A stretch of DNA of 64,000 nucleotides from a virus (IMGVR_UViG_3300026549_000034:32001-96000), one strand, 5' to 3'. Positions 30,121 to 39,846 are shown, counted from the first letter of the stretch. Numbers and translations are program-made. Notes: generated from the letters alone by a model not told the origin.

Positions 30121-30432
30121 TTAATCAAGAAAATCAGGTAATTTTTGACTTATAAAATCATAATAATTTGAGCAATCATTAGGATATTTTTCTTCCAAAT
30201 ATGCCCAAATAGTATTTAATAATTCTTCAGTTTTATCAAGATGTGCATTCTTTGAAGGATAATCAATGGTTTTTAATATAATATTCATATCATAATCATA
30301 TTTTTCCATTTCTTTCTTTATTTCTTCAATATCTAAATCTTTATTATCAGCTTTAACATTATCCATAATTGTTTTAGCTAATTTATCATCTAATTTCGCT
30401 CCTTCTAATATAAATTCTTTTAAACTTTTCAT
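30121..30432 (-). CDS. capsid-targeting-leader protein
   Basis: MKSLKEFILE. Confidence 0.7.
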   Translation of the reverse strand: MKSLKEFILEGAKLDDKLAKTIMDNVKADNKDLDIEEIKKEMEKYDYDMNIILKTIDYPSKNAHLDKTEELLNTIWAYLEEKYPNDCSNYYDFISQKLPDFLD

Positions 30433-30486
30433 ATTATAATATTTTATAAATTTATTTTTATGTTTCTACTAATATATAAAATCTTT

Positions 30487-31176
30487 TTAACTTAAAATAG
30501 GACGAACCGGCAAGCCAGCACAACGATTATATGTGTATAAATAAATATCATGTCTATCAGCACGCAGGAGGTAAGCATATCTTGGATTATTTATCATAAG
30601 AGATGAAGACCAAACATTAATGTTAGAACCACCATAGTCATCATAATCACCATCACGATCACCAGCAGCTGGAATAAATAAAGTATTGTTATTTGTTTTA
30701 GATGTAAATAGTCTACCATTTAGACCAGATATATCTTGATAATTTGTTATCCATTTATTATTTGTTTCATCCATTAATTCCACAAATTGTTCTCCGTCAG
30801 GTAGTTTATATTTTCCCGTCATATTAGCATTAGCCATGTCATCTTGCATATCTAATTCTAATATATTGTCTGGTTTGCCTGCACCACCCCAGTAATCTGT
30901 TTTATTAGTAGGACAATACTTAGTTAGTTTATCCCAAACACCTTTAGCATATTTATAGTTATCCCAATCACATTTTTTATTATCTGCTGGTTCAATATCA
31001 CCCCACATAAAGTAATTACCATACCAAGATTCGGCGGTAGATCCATGTTTAGCGCCAACATTATATTTGCACCATAAAGTACCTGATGGCAAACCTAAGT
31101 CTACGGTGTTATCTTTACTTATATCAATATTTTTTATATTAAGTTTTTCTGTTATATATGAATGTATTGATTTCAT
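30487..31176 (-). CDS. Bacteroidetes VDLGL-family protein with capsid-targeting leader
   Basis: MKSIHSYITEKLNIKNI; VDLGLPSGTLWCKYNVGA..FIPAAG..WSSS..GLPVRPI. Confidence 0.8.
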   Translation of the reverse strand: MKSIHSYITEKLNIKNIDISKDNTVDLGLPSGTLWCKYNVGAKHGSTAESWYGNYFMWGDIEPADNKKCDWDNYKYAKGVWDKLTKYCPTNKTDYWGGAGKPDNILELDMQDDMANANMTGKYKLPDGEQFVELMDETNNKWITNYQDISGLNGRLFTSKTNNNTLFIPAAGDRDGDYDDYGGSNINVWSSSLMINNPRYAYLLRADRHDIYLYTYNRCAGLPVRPILS

Positions 31177-31190
31177 ATACTTAAGTATAT

Positions 31191-32411
31191 TTATTTTTCT
31201 AACATAAATCTTGTTCCGAGTGCACCATTTATAGCAGCAAATGATCCAGTGAATTTCATTCTACGTCCTTTATACATTACTACAATACCTTCGGCCGCAT
31301 TATATTTGTTTCCTAATGCTTGAAGACGTTTCATACATTTTTCAAGTTTCTCTTTAGCATCAATAGAATCAGAAGCTTCAATTGTCTTAATTAAATTTTC
31401 AGTATCTTGTTTAACTATCTCTATAGTTTTATCTTTAGCCTCAGAATTTACAAATCCTTCTAATTGATCTAATAATTCATTTCCAATTGATAAGAAAAGA
31501 TTATCCATAGGTTCCATAATTTTACCTACAAGTTCTTTTCCACCTTTTTTATCAAGATTATTTAATTCATCAATATGATCTCCATATTTCTTTTTAAGTT
31601 CACGTAAATTAACTGATTTATCACCATTACATAAACGATTAAAAATTAGTTCATCATCTTTACACCAGTCAGGAGCAAACTTTTTAAATCTTGATTTTTT
31701 CCAATCTTCAATTGAAGTATCAGTAGTTAAACCTTCATCATCCCAAAGTTTAGATATTTCCTTTGTAAATTTTTCTGCGAACTTGATACCTTCTTCAAGA
31801 TTCTTTATCATTAAATCTGGACGTGGTTTGGCTTCATCTATATCTTCAGCAGCTTTATATAATTCATCAACATGACCTTCTACATCTTCCTTTTCAATCC
31901 ATGCAAAATTACCTTTTTTATCAGTTCCTTTTTCCCATATAGTATATCCATGAAATGCTACACGATCTTTAGCATAAGGCATAATATTTGTTTTACCAGC
32001 TATAATGCATTCACAATTTATAATTTTGCGGTGATTTTCATCAGGATTGAAATATTCTTTACCTACTTTAGGAAAAATTTGTTCAATAATCTTACCAGCT
32101 GTCATAAATACTTTCTTTTGATGTTCTTTTCCATCCCAACGAGCATCAAGATCTTTTAATAAAATACCGCCTTGTTCAGAATTTCGTTCAGTATTATTAC
32201 GAATGAATATAATTTCTCCATCATTATTCATTGAAGCACTAATATTCATTCCATCAAGTTTTTCCTTAAGATGTTCGACTTTACCTTTAAATAATGAATC
32301 AACTAATTCTATTAAATCATTAGCAGTAAAATCTGTATAATCAAAAGGATGAGCCATGTGTCCACCAGCACCACCTTCAAAAAGCATTATATATCTGGAT
32401 AAATTAATCAT
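31191..32411 (-). CDS. ligase/nucleotidyltransferase-like protein with leader
   Basis: MINLSRYIMLFE then GGAGGHMAHPFD; EKLDG (motif I-like), EGIVV (motif IV-like), MKFTG (motif V-like). Confidence 0.6.
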   Translation of the reverse strand: MINLSRYIMLFEGGAGGHMAHPFDYTDFTANDLIELVDSLFKGKVEHLKEKLDGMNISASMNNDGEIIFIRNNTERNSEQGGILLKDLDARWDGKEHQKKVFMTAGKIIEQIFPKVGKEYFNPDENHRKIINCECIIAGKTNIMPYAKDRVAFHGYTIWEKGTDKKGNFAWIEKEDVEGHVDELYKAAEDIDEAKPRPDLMIKNLEEGIKFAEKFTKEISKLWDDEGLTTDTSIEDWKKSRFKKFAPDWCKDDELIFNRLCNGDKSVNLRELKKKYGDHIDELNNLDKKGGKELVGKIMEPMDNLFLSIGNELLDQLEGFVNSEAKDKTIEIVKQDTENLIKTIEASDSIDAKEKLEKCMKRLQALGNKYNAAEGIVVMYKGRRMKFTGSFAAINGALGTRFMLEK

Positions 32412-32423
32412 AATTATTTTATT

Positions 32424-32705
32424 TTAATATTTTGTTTGTACTTTTTCAATATCATCGCTAAATCCAAATTCTGACAATTCATTAGCAGTAAATACTTTAG
32501 AAGCTTCTTTGTATAAACTTATATATAATGATTCATATTCCGCACGTTTCCATTTATCTGTCTCATGATCATTTTTATATACATATGCTAATGCAAATAA
32601 AATATTTTCTATATTAGCTATATTTAATTTTAATGAAACAAATTCACTATCATTTTTATTAACTGTATTTTTCTTAACTTCTAATAATGTTTTTAAATCT
32701 TTCAT
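32424..32705 (-). CDS. capsid-targeting-leader protein
   Basis: MKDLKTLLE. Confidence 0.65.
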   Translation of the reverse strand: MKDLKTLLEVKKNTVNKNDSEFVSLKLNIANIENILFALAYVYKNDHETDKWKRAEYESLYISLYKEASKVFTANELSEFGFSDDIEKVQTKY

Positions 32706-32735
32706 AAAATTTTGTTAATAATCAATATTTTTTGT

Positions 32736-32969
32736 TTAAAATGGTTTTTGCTTTAATGATTTTAATTTTGGAAGAAGCTTCTTTAACTCAGTTGACTCCC
32801 AGCCTGTCTTTTCATAATGATCATCTTCAATAAAATGAATGAAGGAGTTTATAAATACTTTAAGTCCCTTTTCATAATAAAGATCATATAATTTGTCTGA
32901 AACTTCAGTATTATAGTCAGAATAATCTTTACCAGCTTCACTTAATAAAATATCTTTAATATTTTTCAT
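32736..32969 (-). CDS. capsid-targeting-leader protein
   Basis: MKNIKDILLSE. Confidence 0.65.
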   Translation of the reverse strand: MKNIKDILLSEAGKDYSDYNTEVSDKLYDLYYEKGLKVFINSFIHFIEDDHYEKTGWESTELKKLLPKLKSLKQKPF

Positions 32970-32996
32970 TATTATTAGTTGCTATTTATTTATAAT

Positions 32997-33569
32997 TTAT
33001 TTTGATCCTTTAATATATTTACCTGATACTTTTAAGTTTTTGAATTGCTTTACAACTACATCTTTTATCATTATATTATTTTTACCAATACCTACTTGAA
33101 CAAGTATCAAACATGCATCAGGACCCATTTTCTTTTGTTTATCTGATATATATATTCCTTCATTATCTAGTTTATGATAACATTTAATTTCAAAACATAA
33201 ATCACCTAAAGATAAATCATATGAATCATAATCCCCATTATCTAAATTATCATGTGTAATCATTTTTTCAAAATCACTACCAAAATAATCTTCAGATTCA
33301 ATTTCTTTATTTAATAAAAAGCTTAAATATTTTTCAATTAATATTCCTGCTGCAGAATATAATTCATATATTTCTTTATTATCTTCTTCTGAATTTGTTA
33401 AAAAATTAATATTTGCTCCATCAACATTAACGGTTAATATATTATTTGAAGATATAAGTTTTGATAATTTATTAGTTAATTGAATTTCTATATCATTCAT
33501 ATTATCATGCAAATTATTCAAAAATTTACTTTCATTTATATTCATTATGTAATTATTTAATGATTTCAT
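32997..33569 (-). CDS. PD-(D/E)xK nuclease-like protein with leader
   Basis: MKSLNNYIMNINE; GILIE...YDL...FEIKC. Confidence 0.6.
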   Translation of the reverse strand: MKSLNNYIMNINESKFLNNLHDNMNDIEIQLTNKLSKLISSNNILTVNVDGANINFLTNSEEDNKEIYELYSAAGILIEKYLSFLLNKEIESEDYFGSDFEKMITHDNLDNGDYDSYDLSLGDLCFEIKCYHKLDNEGIYISDKQKKMGPDACLILVQVGIGKNNIMIKDVVVKQFKNLKVSGKYIKGSK

Positions 33570-33591
33570 ATAATTTAATTTATTATTTTAT

Positions 33592-34044
33592 TTATTTTAT
33601 ATAACTTTGAGCTTTTTCATAAGTAAAATCGGCACCTTTTCCTACTAAAGTTAGATATTTATTTAAATATTCTTCAGATTTACCTTTCATATATATTTTA
33701 CAAAATTGTAAATCTGATAATTTTTTTACACCATTATAATTATAAGCATCATAGTAAAGATCATCATATTTCATAAAGAAATGATAACTTGTACCACCAT
33801 CATCTAGTAAATAATATTCAACATCATCATAAAATGGTTCATCTTCTAAGAATGATACACAATTACAAACAGTCAAACAATATCCATTATCAATTAAGTT
33901 TAATCTTGTTTGCTTAGCATTATTTGCAAGAGCTCCAGATATATCATCATACCAATCTTCTTCAGACCAAAAAGTTTCTAAGAAATTTGATAATGTACCA
34001 TAGTGTGAAATAGATTCAAATATATATTCTTTAAGTGATTTCAT
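33592..34044 (-). CDS. putative Cys-His-Asp (papain/transglutaminase-like) protein with leader
   Basis: MKSLKEYIFE; NGYC...HFF...YYDA. Confidence 0.55.
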   Translation of the reverse strand: MKSLKEYIFESISHYGTLSNFLETFWSEEDWYDDISGALANNAKQTRLNLIDNGYCLTVCNCVSFLEDEPFYDDVEYYLLDDGGTSYHFFMKYDDLYYDAYNYNGVKKLSDLQFCKIYMKGKSEEYLNKYLTLVGKGADFTYEKAQSYIK

Positions 34045-34047
34045 AAT

Positions 34048-35190
34048 TTATTTAATATTTTTTAAAATATTATTATATTTTTCATCAATATCTTTATAAT
34101 TAATAGTTATTCTTTCATCATTAATTTTTACTATTGCATTATGATAATTACACATATTTTGAATTGGTATTAGATATTGTTTAACTATTTTCCAAATATA
34201 ACCTGTTTTTACTTTAATATCCTTTTTATCAAAATCATAATTAAAAGTTTCATTAAGAATATTTAATATATCATCATATACAATATATTTAATTTTCTTT
34301 TGAAATGTTGGACCTTCTTCCCAGCATTTATATCTGTTTATTGATAAATATGCAGCAATAATTATATTATAAATAGTATCTTTATCATAGAAAATATTAT
34401 GTGGTGATTTAATATCTATATCTTTAATATGCAAACTTTCAATAATATATTCTTTAAGAGTCATTATTTTATGTTCTTTAATTATGTTTTGTAATTGATT
34501 TTTAAACTCATCAAATGCATTAATAAAATCATTAAACATAGAACCTACACCTTTAGGCATTATCTTCTCAAAAGCTGATTTATCTTTATTCAATATGGAT
34601 TTACGAACAGCGGTTCCTGATACACCTTCAGTACGACCTTTACCGGTATTTACCTTAAGTTTTCCTATAAGTATATTTGGTAATGTTTTTCCTGATTTGA
34701 ATTCGACTTCGAGTTCAGTATATTTAGCTAAACCTTCAACGTTTTTCTCATAATCATCTTTACGATCATCACCGCACATCCAATCTCCTACTTCATATTC
34801 ATCTGAATGTTCAGTAATAAATTGATTATATTTTCCTAATGCATCATAAATATTAACTACAGGAACAACATCAATAATATTCTTATTAGCTTTCTTAACT
34901 ATTTCAAGTTCTTTATCAATCAATTCATTTGTAAAAGGGCGTTTAAGAAGTTCTTTTTCTTGTTCAGTTAAGTCACTTGTTGGATTATCAATATATTCTA
35001 TAACTTTATTGACAGATTCATCAGTCCAAGATTTACTTGCTATTTTAATTCCTTTCTTTTTACGTTCAATAGTCTTATTTGATGAATTAATTCTATATAT
35101 AATACATGGACCATCACCTTCATTAATCATATTCAAATGACCTTGTGTAAATGGTTGGAAGCGCCCGATCGCTATATTAAGTTTTTTCAT
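34048..35190 (-). CDS. cytidylyltransferase-like (HIGH) nucleotidyltransferase fused to a C-terminal domain with an internal leader
   Basis: GRFQPFTQGH, RPF, CGDDR, VSGTAVR; internal MTLKEYIIE at residue 243. Confidence 0.8.
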   Translation of the reverse strand: MKKLNIAIGRFQPFTQGHLNMINEGDGPCIIYRINSSNKTIERKKKGIKIASKSWTDESVNKVIEYIDNPTSDLTEQEKELLKRPFTNELIDKELEIVKKANKNIIDVVPVVNIYDALGKYNQFITEHSDEYEVGDWMCGDDRKDDYEKNVEGLAKYTELEVEFKSGKTLPNILIGKLKVNTGKGRTEGVSGTAVRKSILNKDKSAFEKIMPKGVGSMFNDFINAFDEFKNQLQNIIKEHKIMTLKEYIIESLHIKDIDIKSPHNIFYDKDTIYNIIIAAYLSINRYKCWEEGPTFQKKIKYIVYDDILNILNETFNYDFDKKDIKVKTGYIWKIVKQYLIPIQNMCNYHNAIVKINDERITINYKDIDEKYNNILKNIK

Positions 35191-35194
35191 AATT

Positions 35195-36376
35195 TTAATG
35201 TATTATTTTATAATCAGCCATAAAATGCGTTGGATAAATTCCACCATCTTTAGGTCTTATGTTAAATGTAAAATTAATATTAGATAAGTTTACTTCAATA
35301 TCTATTCTTTTAGCATTACCATCATTAGGATATTTTATAACAGCGCTTTTTATTGTATTACCAATAAATTTATTCAAATCATCTTCAGATCGCAAATCTA
35401 AATAATATACTTTAGATTTTACTAAATGAACAAGAATAAATCCATATCCTATTACTGATTTTGCAAATTCAAAAAATTTATATTTATTAATATCTTTAGT
35501 GATATCAACATTTAGTTTATTTGATTTTATTTTTCTTTCTTTATTTACATTATAATTATTAAATATATTTAAAAACAGTTGTGCATCAATATTAAATATA
35601 TTTAAAATTTCATTTCCAATTTCCCCAAATTCTTTTATATCATTATTTATAAATGCTGAATGTGGAAATACATCTTTATTATTTATTCCGGCATTTATAA
35701 ATGTTACTTTATCCCCATATTTCAATGACAAACATATGTCTTCTTGTGAATTTAATTTATCTTTATTCTGAATAGTTATTGTAACATCAGTAACCGCTTT
35801 ACCAATATTAAATTTATCAGATTTTGAATATTTTTTTCCTTCTTTAGGAAATGCATATAATTGACCATTAATTAAAGTTAAAGGGCGTTTTGTATTTTCT
35901 GCACCCATTGCTTTTGGGGTATCACATAAAATAATTTTTTTAGGATTATTACTTATTATCTTAAATAATTTATTTTGATATTCTTCATTATTTGTAAAAT
36001 TTTTAATAAAATCATCTTCAAATGCATTACCTTTATTTTTTGATGATAATCCGTTAATATATCCACTATAAGGACCTTTTGATATATCAGACCATTTAAA
36101 GCCAAATTCTTTTACTATATTATTAAATTCATTTTGTGCATTTTTATCAGTAATATCAATTTGTTTTAGTTTATTTACTGCTTCATCTGAAATTTCATTT
36201 GATTCAATTTCTGCATTTTTACCCAATTTAACTTTTTTATCTTTTATTAGAGTTTGAATAACTGCTCTTGGATAAAAATTAATATCATTATTATGTATAT
36301 GATTCCATTGCCCACTCATAGTTGCTTCAAAAATATTAACTACATGTTCAACAATATAATCTTGTAATCGTTTCAT
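35195..36376 (-). CDS. restriction-endonuclease-like PD-(D/E)xK protein with leader
   Basis: MKRLQDYIVE; NKGNAFE...VTDVTI...LSLKYG. Confidence 0.6.
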   Translation of the reverse strand: MKRLQDYIVEHVVNIFEATMSGQWNHIHNNDINFYPRAVIQTLIKDKKVKLGKNAEIESNEISDEAVNKLKQIDITDKNAQNEFNNIVKEFGFKWSDISKGPYSGYINGLSSKNKGNAFEDDFIKNFTNNEEYQNKLFKIISNNPKKIILCDTPKAMGAENTKRPLTLINGQLYAFPKEGKKYSKSDKFNIGKAVTDVTITIQNKDKLNSQEDICLSLKYGDKVTFINAGINNKDVFPHSAFINNDIKEFGEIGNEILNIFNIDAQLFLNIFNNYNVNKERKIKSNKLNVDITKDINKYKFFEFAKSVIGYGFILVHLVKSKVYYLDLRSEDDLNKFIGNTIKSAVIKYPNDGNAKRIDIEVNLSNINFTFNIRPKDGGIYPTHFMADYKIIH

Positions 36377-36431
36377 TATATTATATATTTAACTATATAT
36401 TATATATAAAAATAACTAATTTTTTATATAT

Positions 36432-36468
36432 AAAAAATTGAACCTATTTTAAAATAGATTCAATTTTA
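36432..36468 (-). terminator. intrinsic terminator
   Basis: AAAATTGAACCTATTTTAAAATAGATTCAATTTT hairpin downstream of 36484..36936. Confidence 0.55.
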
Positions 36469-36483
36469 TATTTTATTCTTTAA

Positions 36484-36936
36484 TTATTTTTTATCTTCTT
36501 TAATTGGAATTTTAGGTATAGGTACAATATTTAATGCAGGAACATTTACTTGTACACCTTTTATATCTTCCATATTCTTTGGTGTATTTGATTCTCCAAA
36601 GTTTTCTTTATAATATTTATCTAAATCAATGCTATCTTTTGAAATATATGGTATTGGAACAATTGTTAAAAGAGGAACTTTAAGTTGTGCAGTCTTTCCA
36701 TTAGCATCAACAAATTTAATTTTGCCATCAGATTCAACAATATTTGGATGATCTAACTTAGGATATTCTTTAATCAAGTCTTCCAAAAAATCTTTAGTAA
36801 ATACTCCAGGTAATTGTTCAAGCTTTTGGATATGATTATTCATCAATTCATCAACAGTCATATCTGCTGCATCAACTACTTTTACACTGTTTGGCAATAT
36901 AAACTTACCGATTTTTTCTCTAATTCTATTAAACAT
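36484..36936 (-). CDS. hypothetical protein (no leader)
   Basis: 150 aa; internal repeat VP.L.IVPIP x2. Confidence 0.65.
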   Translation of the reverse strand: MFNRIREKIGKFILPNSVKVVDAADMTVDELMNNHIQKLEQLPGVFTKDFLEDLIKEYPKLDHPNIVESDGKIKFVDANGKTAQLKVPLLTIVPIPYISKDSIDLDKYYKENFGESNTPKNMEDIKGVQVNVPALNIVPIPKIPIKEDKK

Positions 36937-36968
36937 ATTTAATTTTAAATAAATAATTCTTAATATTT

Positions 36969-37277
36969 TTATATTGTTATATTCATTTCATCTAATTCAT
37001 CTTTTGCCCATTGTGCTAATACATAAACAATATTATTTTTAAATTGATTAATAGTTTTCTTATTCCATTCGCATTCATCAGTTAAATAATCAAATGCATC
37101 TTTAACTAATTGATCATTTTGTTTTTTAGCCATAGCTTTCATATCTTTAATGAATTCTGAACGAGAATCATAAAAATCTTCTTTATAATGTTCATCCCAC
37201 CAATCAGCTAAATCCTGAGTCATTTCTTCTAAATCATCTTGAGATGATTCTTTAATAAAAAGTCTAATATCTTTCAT
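36969..37277 (-). CDS. capsid-targeting-leader protein
   Basis: MKDIRLFIKE. Confidence 0.7.
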   Translation of the reverse strand: MKDIRLFIKESSQDDLEEMTQDLADWWDEHYKEDFYDSRSEFIKDMKAMAKKQNDQLVKDAFDYLTDECEWNKKTINQFKNNIVYVLAQWAKDELDEMNITI

Positions 37278-37288
37278 ATTTTTATTAA

Positions 37289-37939
37289 TTAATATTTATT
37301 TTTTCTAACTTTATCATTTTTCTTAATATCATTTTCTGGTATTAAAATATATTCTTTTTTACCAGATTTTTTTACTTCATAATCATTATTTTCTATTAAA
37401 TCATTTAAATCATTATAACTAATCATATATAACTTAAATGAATTTTTCCTTTTATATACTTGAATGAAATAATCCCATGTCTTAATTTCTTCATCAAGGA
37501 ATAATATATATCTTTTTCCGTCTTTTAATTTACTTTTAATAAAATCAATGTCATCTAATGATAATGAATAATTGTGATTTTTTGATGACAAAGTATTTTT
37601 AACATCTATCAAAGTATTATTATATTTAATATCCCATTTTTCATTTCTGTCTTGTTCAATAGTTGAATATGTACAATCTTTACCAATTATTTCCCCTACC
37701 ATTGGTTCTATGCAAGTTTTTGAGAAAATCATTTTCCAAATAGAAATCAATGTTTCATTTGATGGATGATTACTATTAGATAACTCAACTAATTTATTAT
37801 AAAATTCTTCTGGAACAGAATCATTTAAATTATAATTATTATCAAACAATTTAGAACGATCAAATTTTTTCACTAAATCACGTAATTCTTCAATTTCATT
37901 ATTTAATTTTTCATAAATAAAACTTTTAATATCTTTCAT
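37289..37939 (-). CDS. PD-(D/E)xK nuclease-like protein with leader
   Basis: MKDIKSFIYEKLN; IE..QDRNEKWDI..IDVKN; C-terminal YILIP resembles FILLP in 27832. Confidence 0.6.
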   Translation of the reverse strand: MKDIKSFIYEKLNNEIEELRDLVKKFDRSKLFDNNYNLNDSVPEEFYNKLVELSNSNHPSNETLISIWKMIFSKTCIEPMVGEIIGKDCTYSTIEQDRNEKWDIKYNNTLIDVKNTLSSKNHNYSLSLDDIDFIKSKLKDGKRYILFLDEEIKTWDYFIQVYKRKNSFKLYMISYNDLNDLIENNDYEVKKSGKKEYILIPENDIKKNDKVRKNKY

Positions 37940-37961
37940 AATTTATAATTGATTTTTAATG

Positions 37962-38606
37962 TTATTCATCCCAAGCTTTTATAACTTTTAAATTAGGGAT
38001 ATTTAAGTTTCTTGCTGCACTAACATTTTTATGATCATCATCTACAAATACAACTTTATCATATTTTCTACATATATCCTTAAGAACTATTGCTTTCTTT
38101 TCAGCATCTGTTTTTCCAGGATATTGTTTTATGTCATCATTTACTGCATGTGAAAATGTCTCTTTGAATGAATCACCAAGTTCTTTTAATGCACCGTCTT
38201 CATCTCTAAATTTCAAAAAATCTTTTATAGCTTTCTTAATTATATCTTCACATCCGCGTGCAGTCAAAAAACAAAAATCATATCCTGCTTTAATATAGTC
38301 ATCCATTATTTTTAGATTCTTAATCAATGGTGTTCCAGATATGATTGAATTATATACTTTAACTGGATCTCTAAAATCTCTATAGTCAAATAATGATTTC
38401 TTGTTAGGGTCTTCCGCATCCGGATCTTTAGCAAATTCTTCGGTAGATAACTGTGTTTCTGTTCCATCTTCATTCTTTTTATATATAGACATTAATGATG
38501 GATTTACTTTTAAAATAGTATTATCAATATCAAATACTATTAATCCTTTAATTGAATCAGGTAAATCTTTAACATGTTCTAAAATGTATACTTGTAAAGA
38601 TTTCAT
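37962..38606 (-). CDS. HAD-superfamily phosphatase with leader
   Basis: MKSLQVYILE; VFDIDNT, LTARG, K, FVDDD. Confidence 0.8.
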   Translation of the reverse strand: MKSLQVYILEHVKDLPDSIKGLIVFDIDNTILKVNPSLMSIYKKNEDGTETQLSTEEFAKDPDAEDPNKKSLFDYRDFRDPVKVYNSIISGTPLIKNLKIMDDYIKAGYDFCFLTARGCEDIIKKAIKDFLKFRDEDGALKELGDSFKETFSHAVNDDIKQYPGKTDAEKKAIVLKDICRKYDKVVFVDDDHKNVSAARNLNIPNLKVIKAWDE

Positions 38607-38621
38607 AGTTTAAATCAATTT

Positions 38622-38894
38622 TTATTTTATTCTTGAAATTATTTCAAAATCGTTTTCTTCAGCTTTATTAACGAAACATTCATTTACTTTAAGGTTTTCA
38701 ACCTTTTTAATTATTTCATCAACCTTTTCAGGAGTCAAATCCCAATCATAATATATATCACTTATTTCTGATATATCTTCTATTAAATATGCTCTAGGTT
38801 CTTCTCTCAAATAATAAGATACCATTGTATATTTAATATTGTTTAAATTATATGATTTTGCTTCATTAATTAAATAACTTTTAATATCTTTCAT
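38622..38894 (-). CDS. capsid-targeting-leader protein
   Basis: MKDIKSYLINE. Confidence 0.65.
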   Translation of the reverse strand: MKDIKSYLINEAKSYNLNNIKYTMVSYYLREEPRAYLIEDISEISDIYYDWDLTPEKVDEIIKKVENLKVNECFVNKAEENDFEIISRIK

Positions 38895-38923
38895 AATTTA
38901 AATTGTATTTTTAATTAAAAATA

Positions 38924-38950
38924 AAAAAACCTATATTAATATAGGTCTTT
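38924..38950 (-). terminator. intrinsic terminator
   Basis: AAAAAACCTATATTAATATAGGTCTTTT hairpin. Confidence 0.55.
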
Positions 38951-38974
38951 TATAAATATAAATTAATGTTTCAC

Positions 38975-39403
38975 TTATTTTTCGGGTTCATAAAAATATA
39001 AATCATTATATAAAGAATTATCTATATAATATATATGATCTATCAAATAATATTTAGCATTTAAAAATTGACCACTATATATATGTATTTGATTTTGTGA
39101 CGAATTTTTATCATCGGAACAATATATTACACCTTGACTATTTTTTGTTATTTTTTCCTTACCAAGCAAATCAAAATCAGCATCTTTATCCTTAATTGTA
39201 TATACCATTGAATCTTTTGGTATATATATGTCATATAATGGTTTTAATTCCTTTTCAGTAAATGGCGATATGACTTTATCATTTAACACTTTACTATTAA
39301 ATGTAACAAATTGTCCTTTGCCAAACTTTTCAAATTTAGATGTTAAAGGTTTTATGTTTTTTACATTTAGTTTTTCTAAAATTTTATCTTTTAATGTCTT
39401 CAT
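38975..39403 (-). CDS. capsid-targeting-leader protein
   Basis: MKTLKDKILEKLNVKNI. Confidence 0.7.
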   Translation of the reverse strand: MKTLKDKILEKLNVKNIKPLTSKFEKFGKGQFVTFNSKVLNDKVISPFTEKELKPLYDIYIPKDSMVYTIKDKDADFDLLGKEKITKNSQGVIYCSDDKNSSQNQIHIYSGQFLNAKYYLIDHIYYIDNSLYNDLYFYEPEK

Positions 39404-39411
39404 AATGAAAA

Positions 39412-39846
39412 TTAATTAAATATTATTTTTCCTTCTCGTTGAACATTAGCTAATGAATCAGAACTATGCATACAATTTCTCATATTATCTTTACCATACT
39501 TATCTCTAAAATGGTGTTTGATTTCCTTCATTAATGAAATTGTATTTACTCCTGGATATTTGTCATAATCAAATGTATATTCAGCAGCTATAATTTCTCC
39601 AGAACCCATATATTTACAAAGATCATCATACCAATCTTCCTTTGAATGACAACCATATAAATTTTTAATTTGTTTATCTGTCAGTTTCATTGGATTAGTG
39701 TGATCATACATTATAAAACCTTTCTTATTTATATATTCAAATATTTCATCTTTATATTGTAGAAATCCTGGCTTAATTATAATAAATGCTTTACAATTTT
39801 CCGGAGTAGTCAAATATTCTATAATATAATCAAATAAGTTCTTCAT
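39412..39846 (-). CDS. ndk: nucleoside diphosphate kinase-like protein with leader
   Basis: MKNLFDYIIE; IIIKPG, Y..H, YM.SG.I, RNCMHSSDS..N..RE. Confidence 0.8.
   Translation of the reverse strand: MKNLFDYIIEYLTTPENCKAFIIIKPGFLQYKDEIFEYINKKGFIMYDHTNPMKLTDKQIKNLYGCHSKEDWYDDLCKYMGSGEIIAAEYTFDYDKYPGVNTISLMKEIKHHFRDKYGKDNMRNCMHSSDSLANVQREGKIIFN

Noticed and set aside
30487-30700. Possible DGR variable region at the C-terminus of the VDLGL/lectin-like gene
   Set aside because: The fold is a common DGR target, but no reverse transcriptase or template repeat was found in this window; it cannot be excluded elsewhere in the genome.
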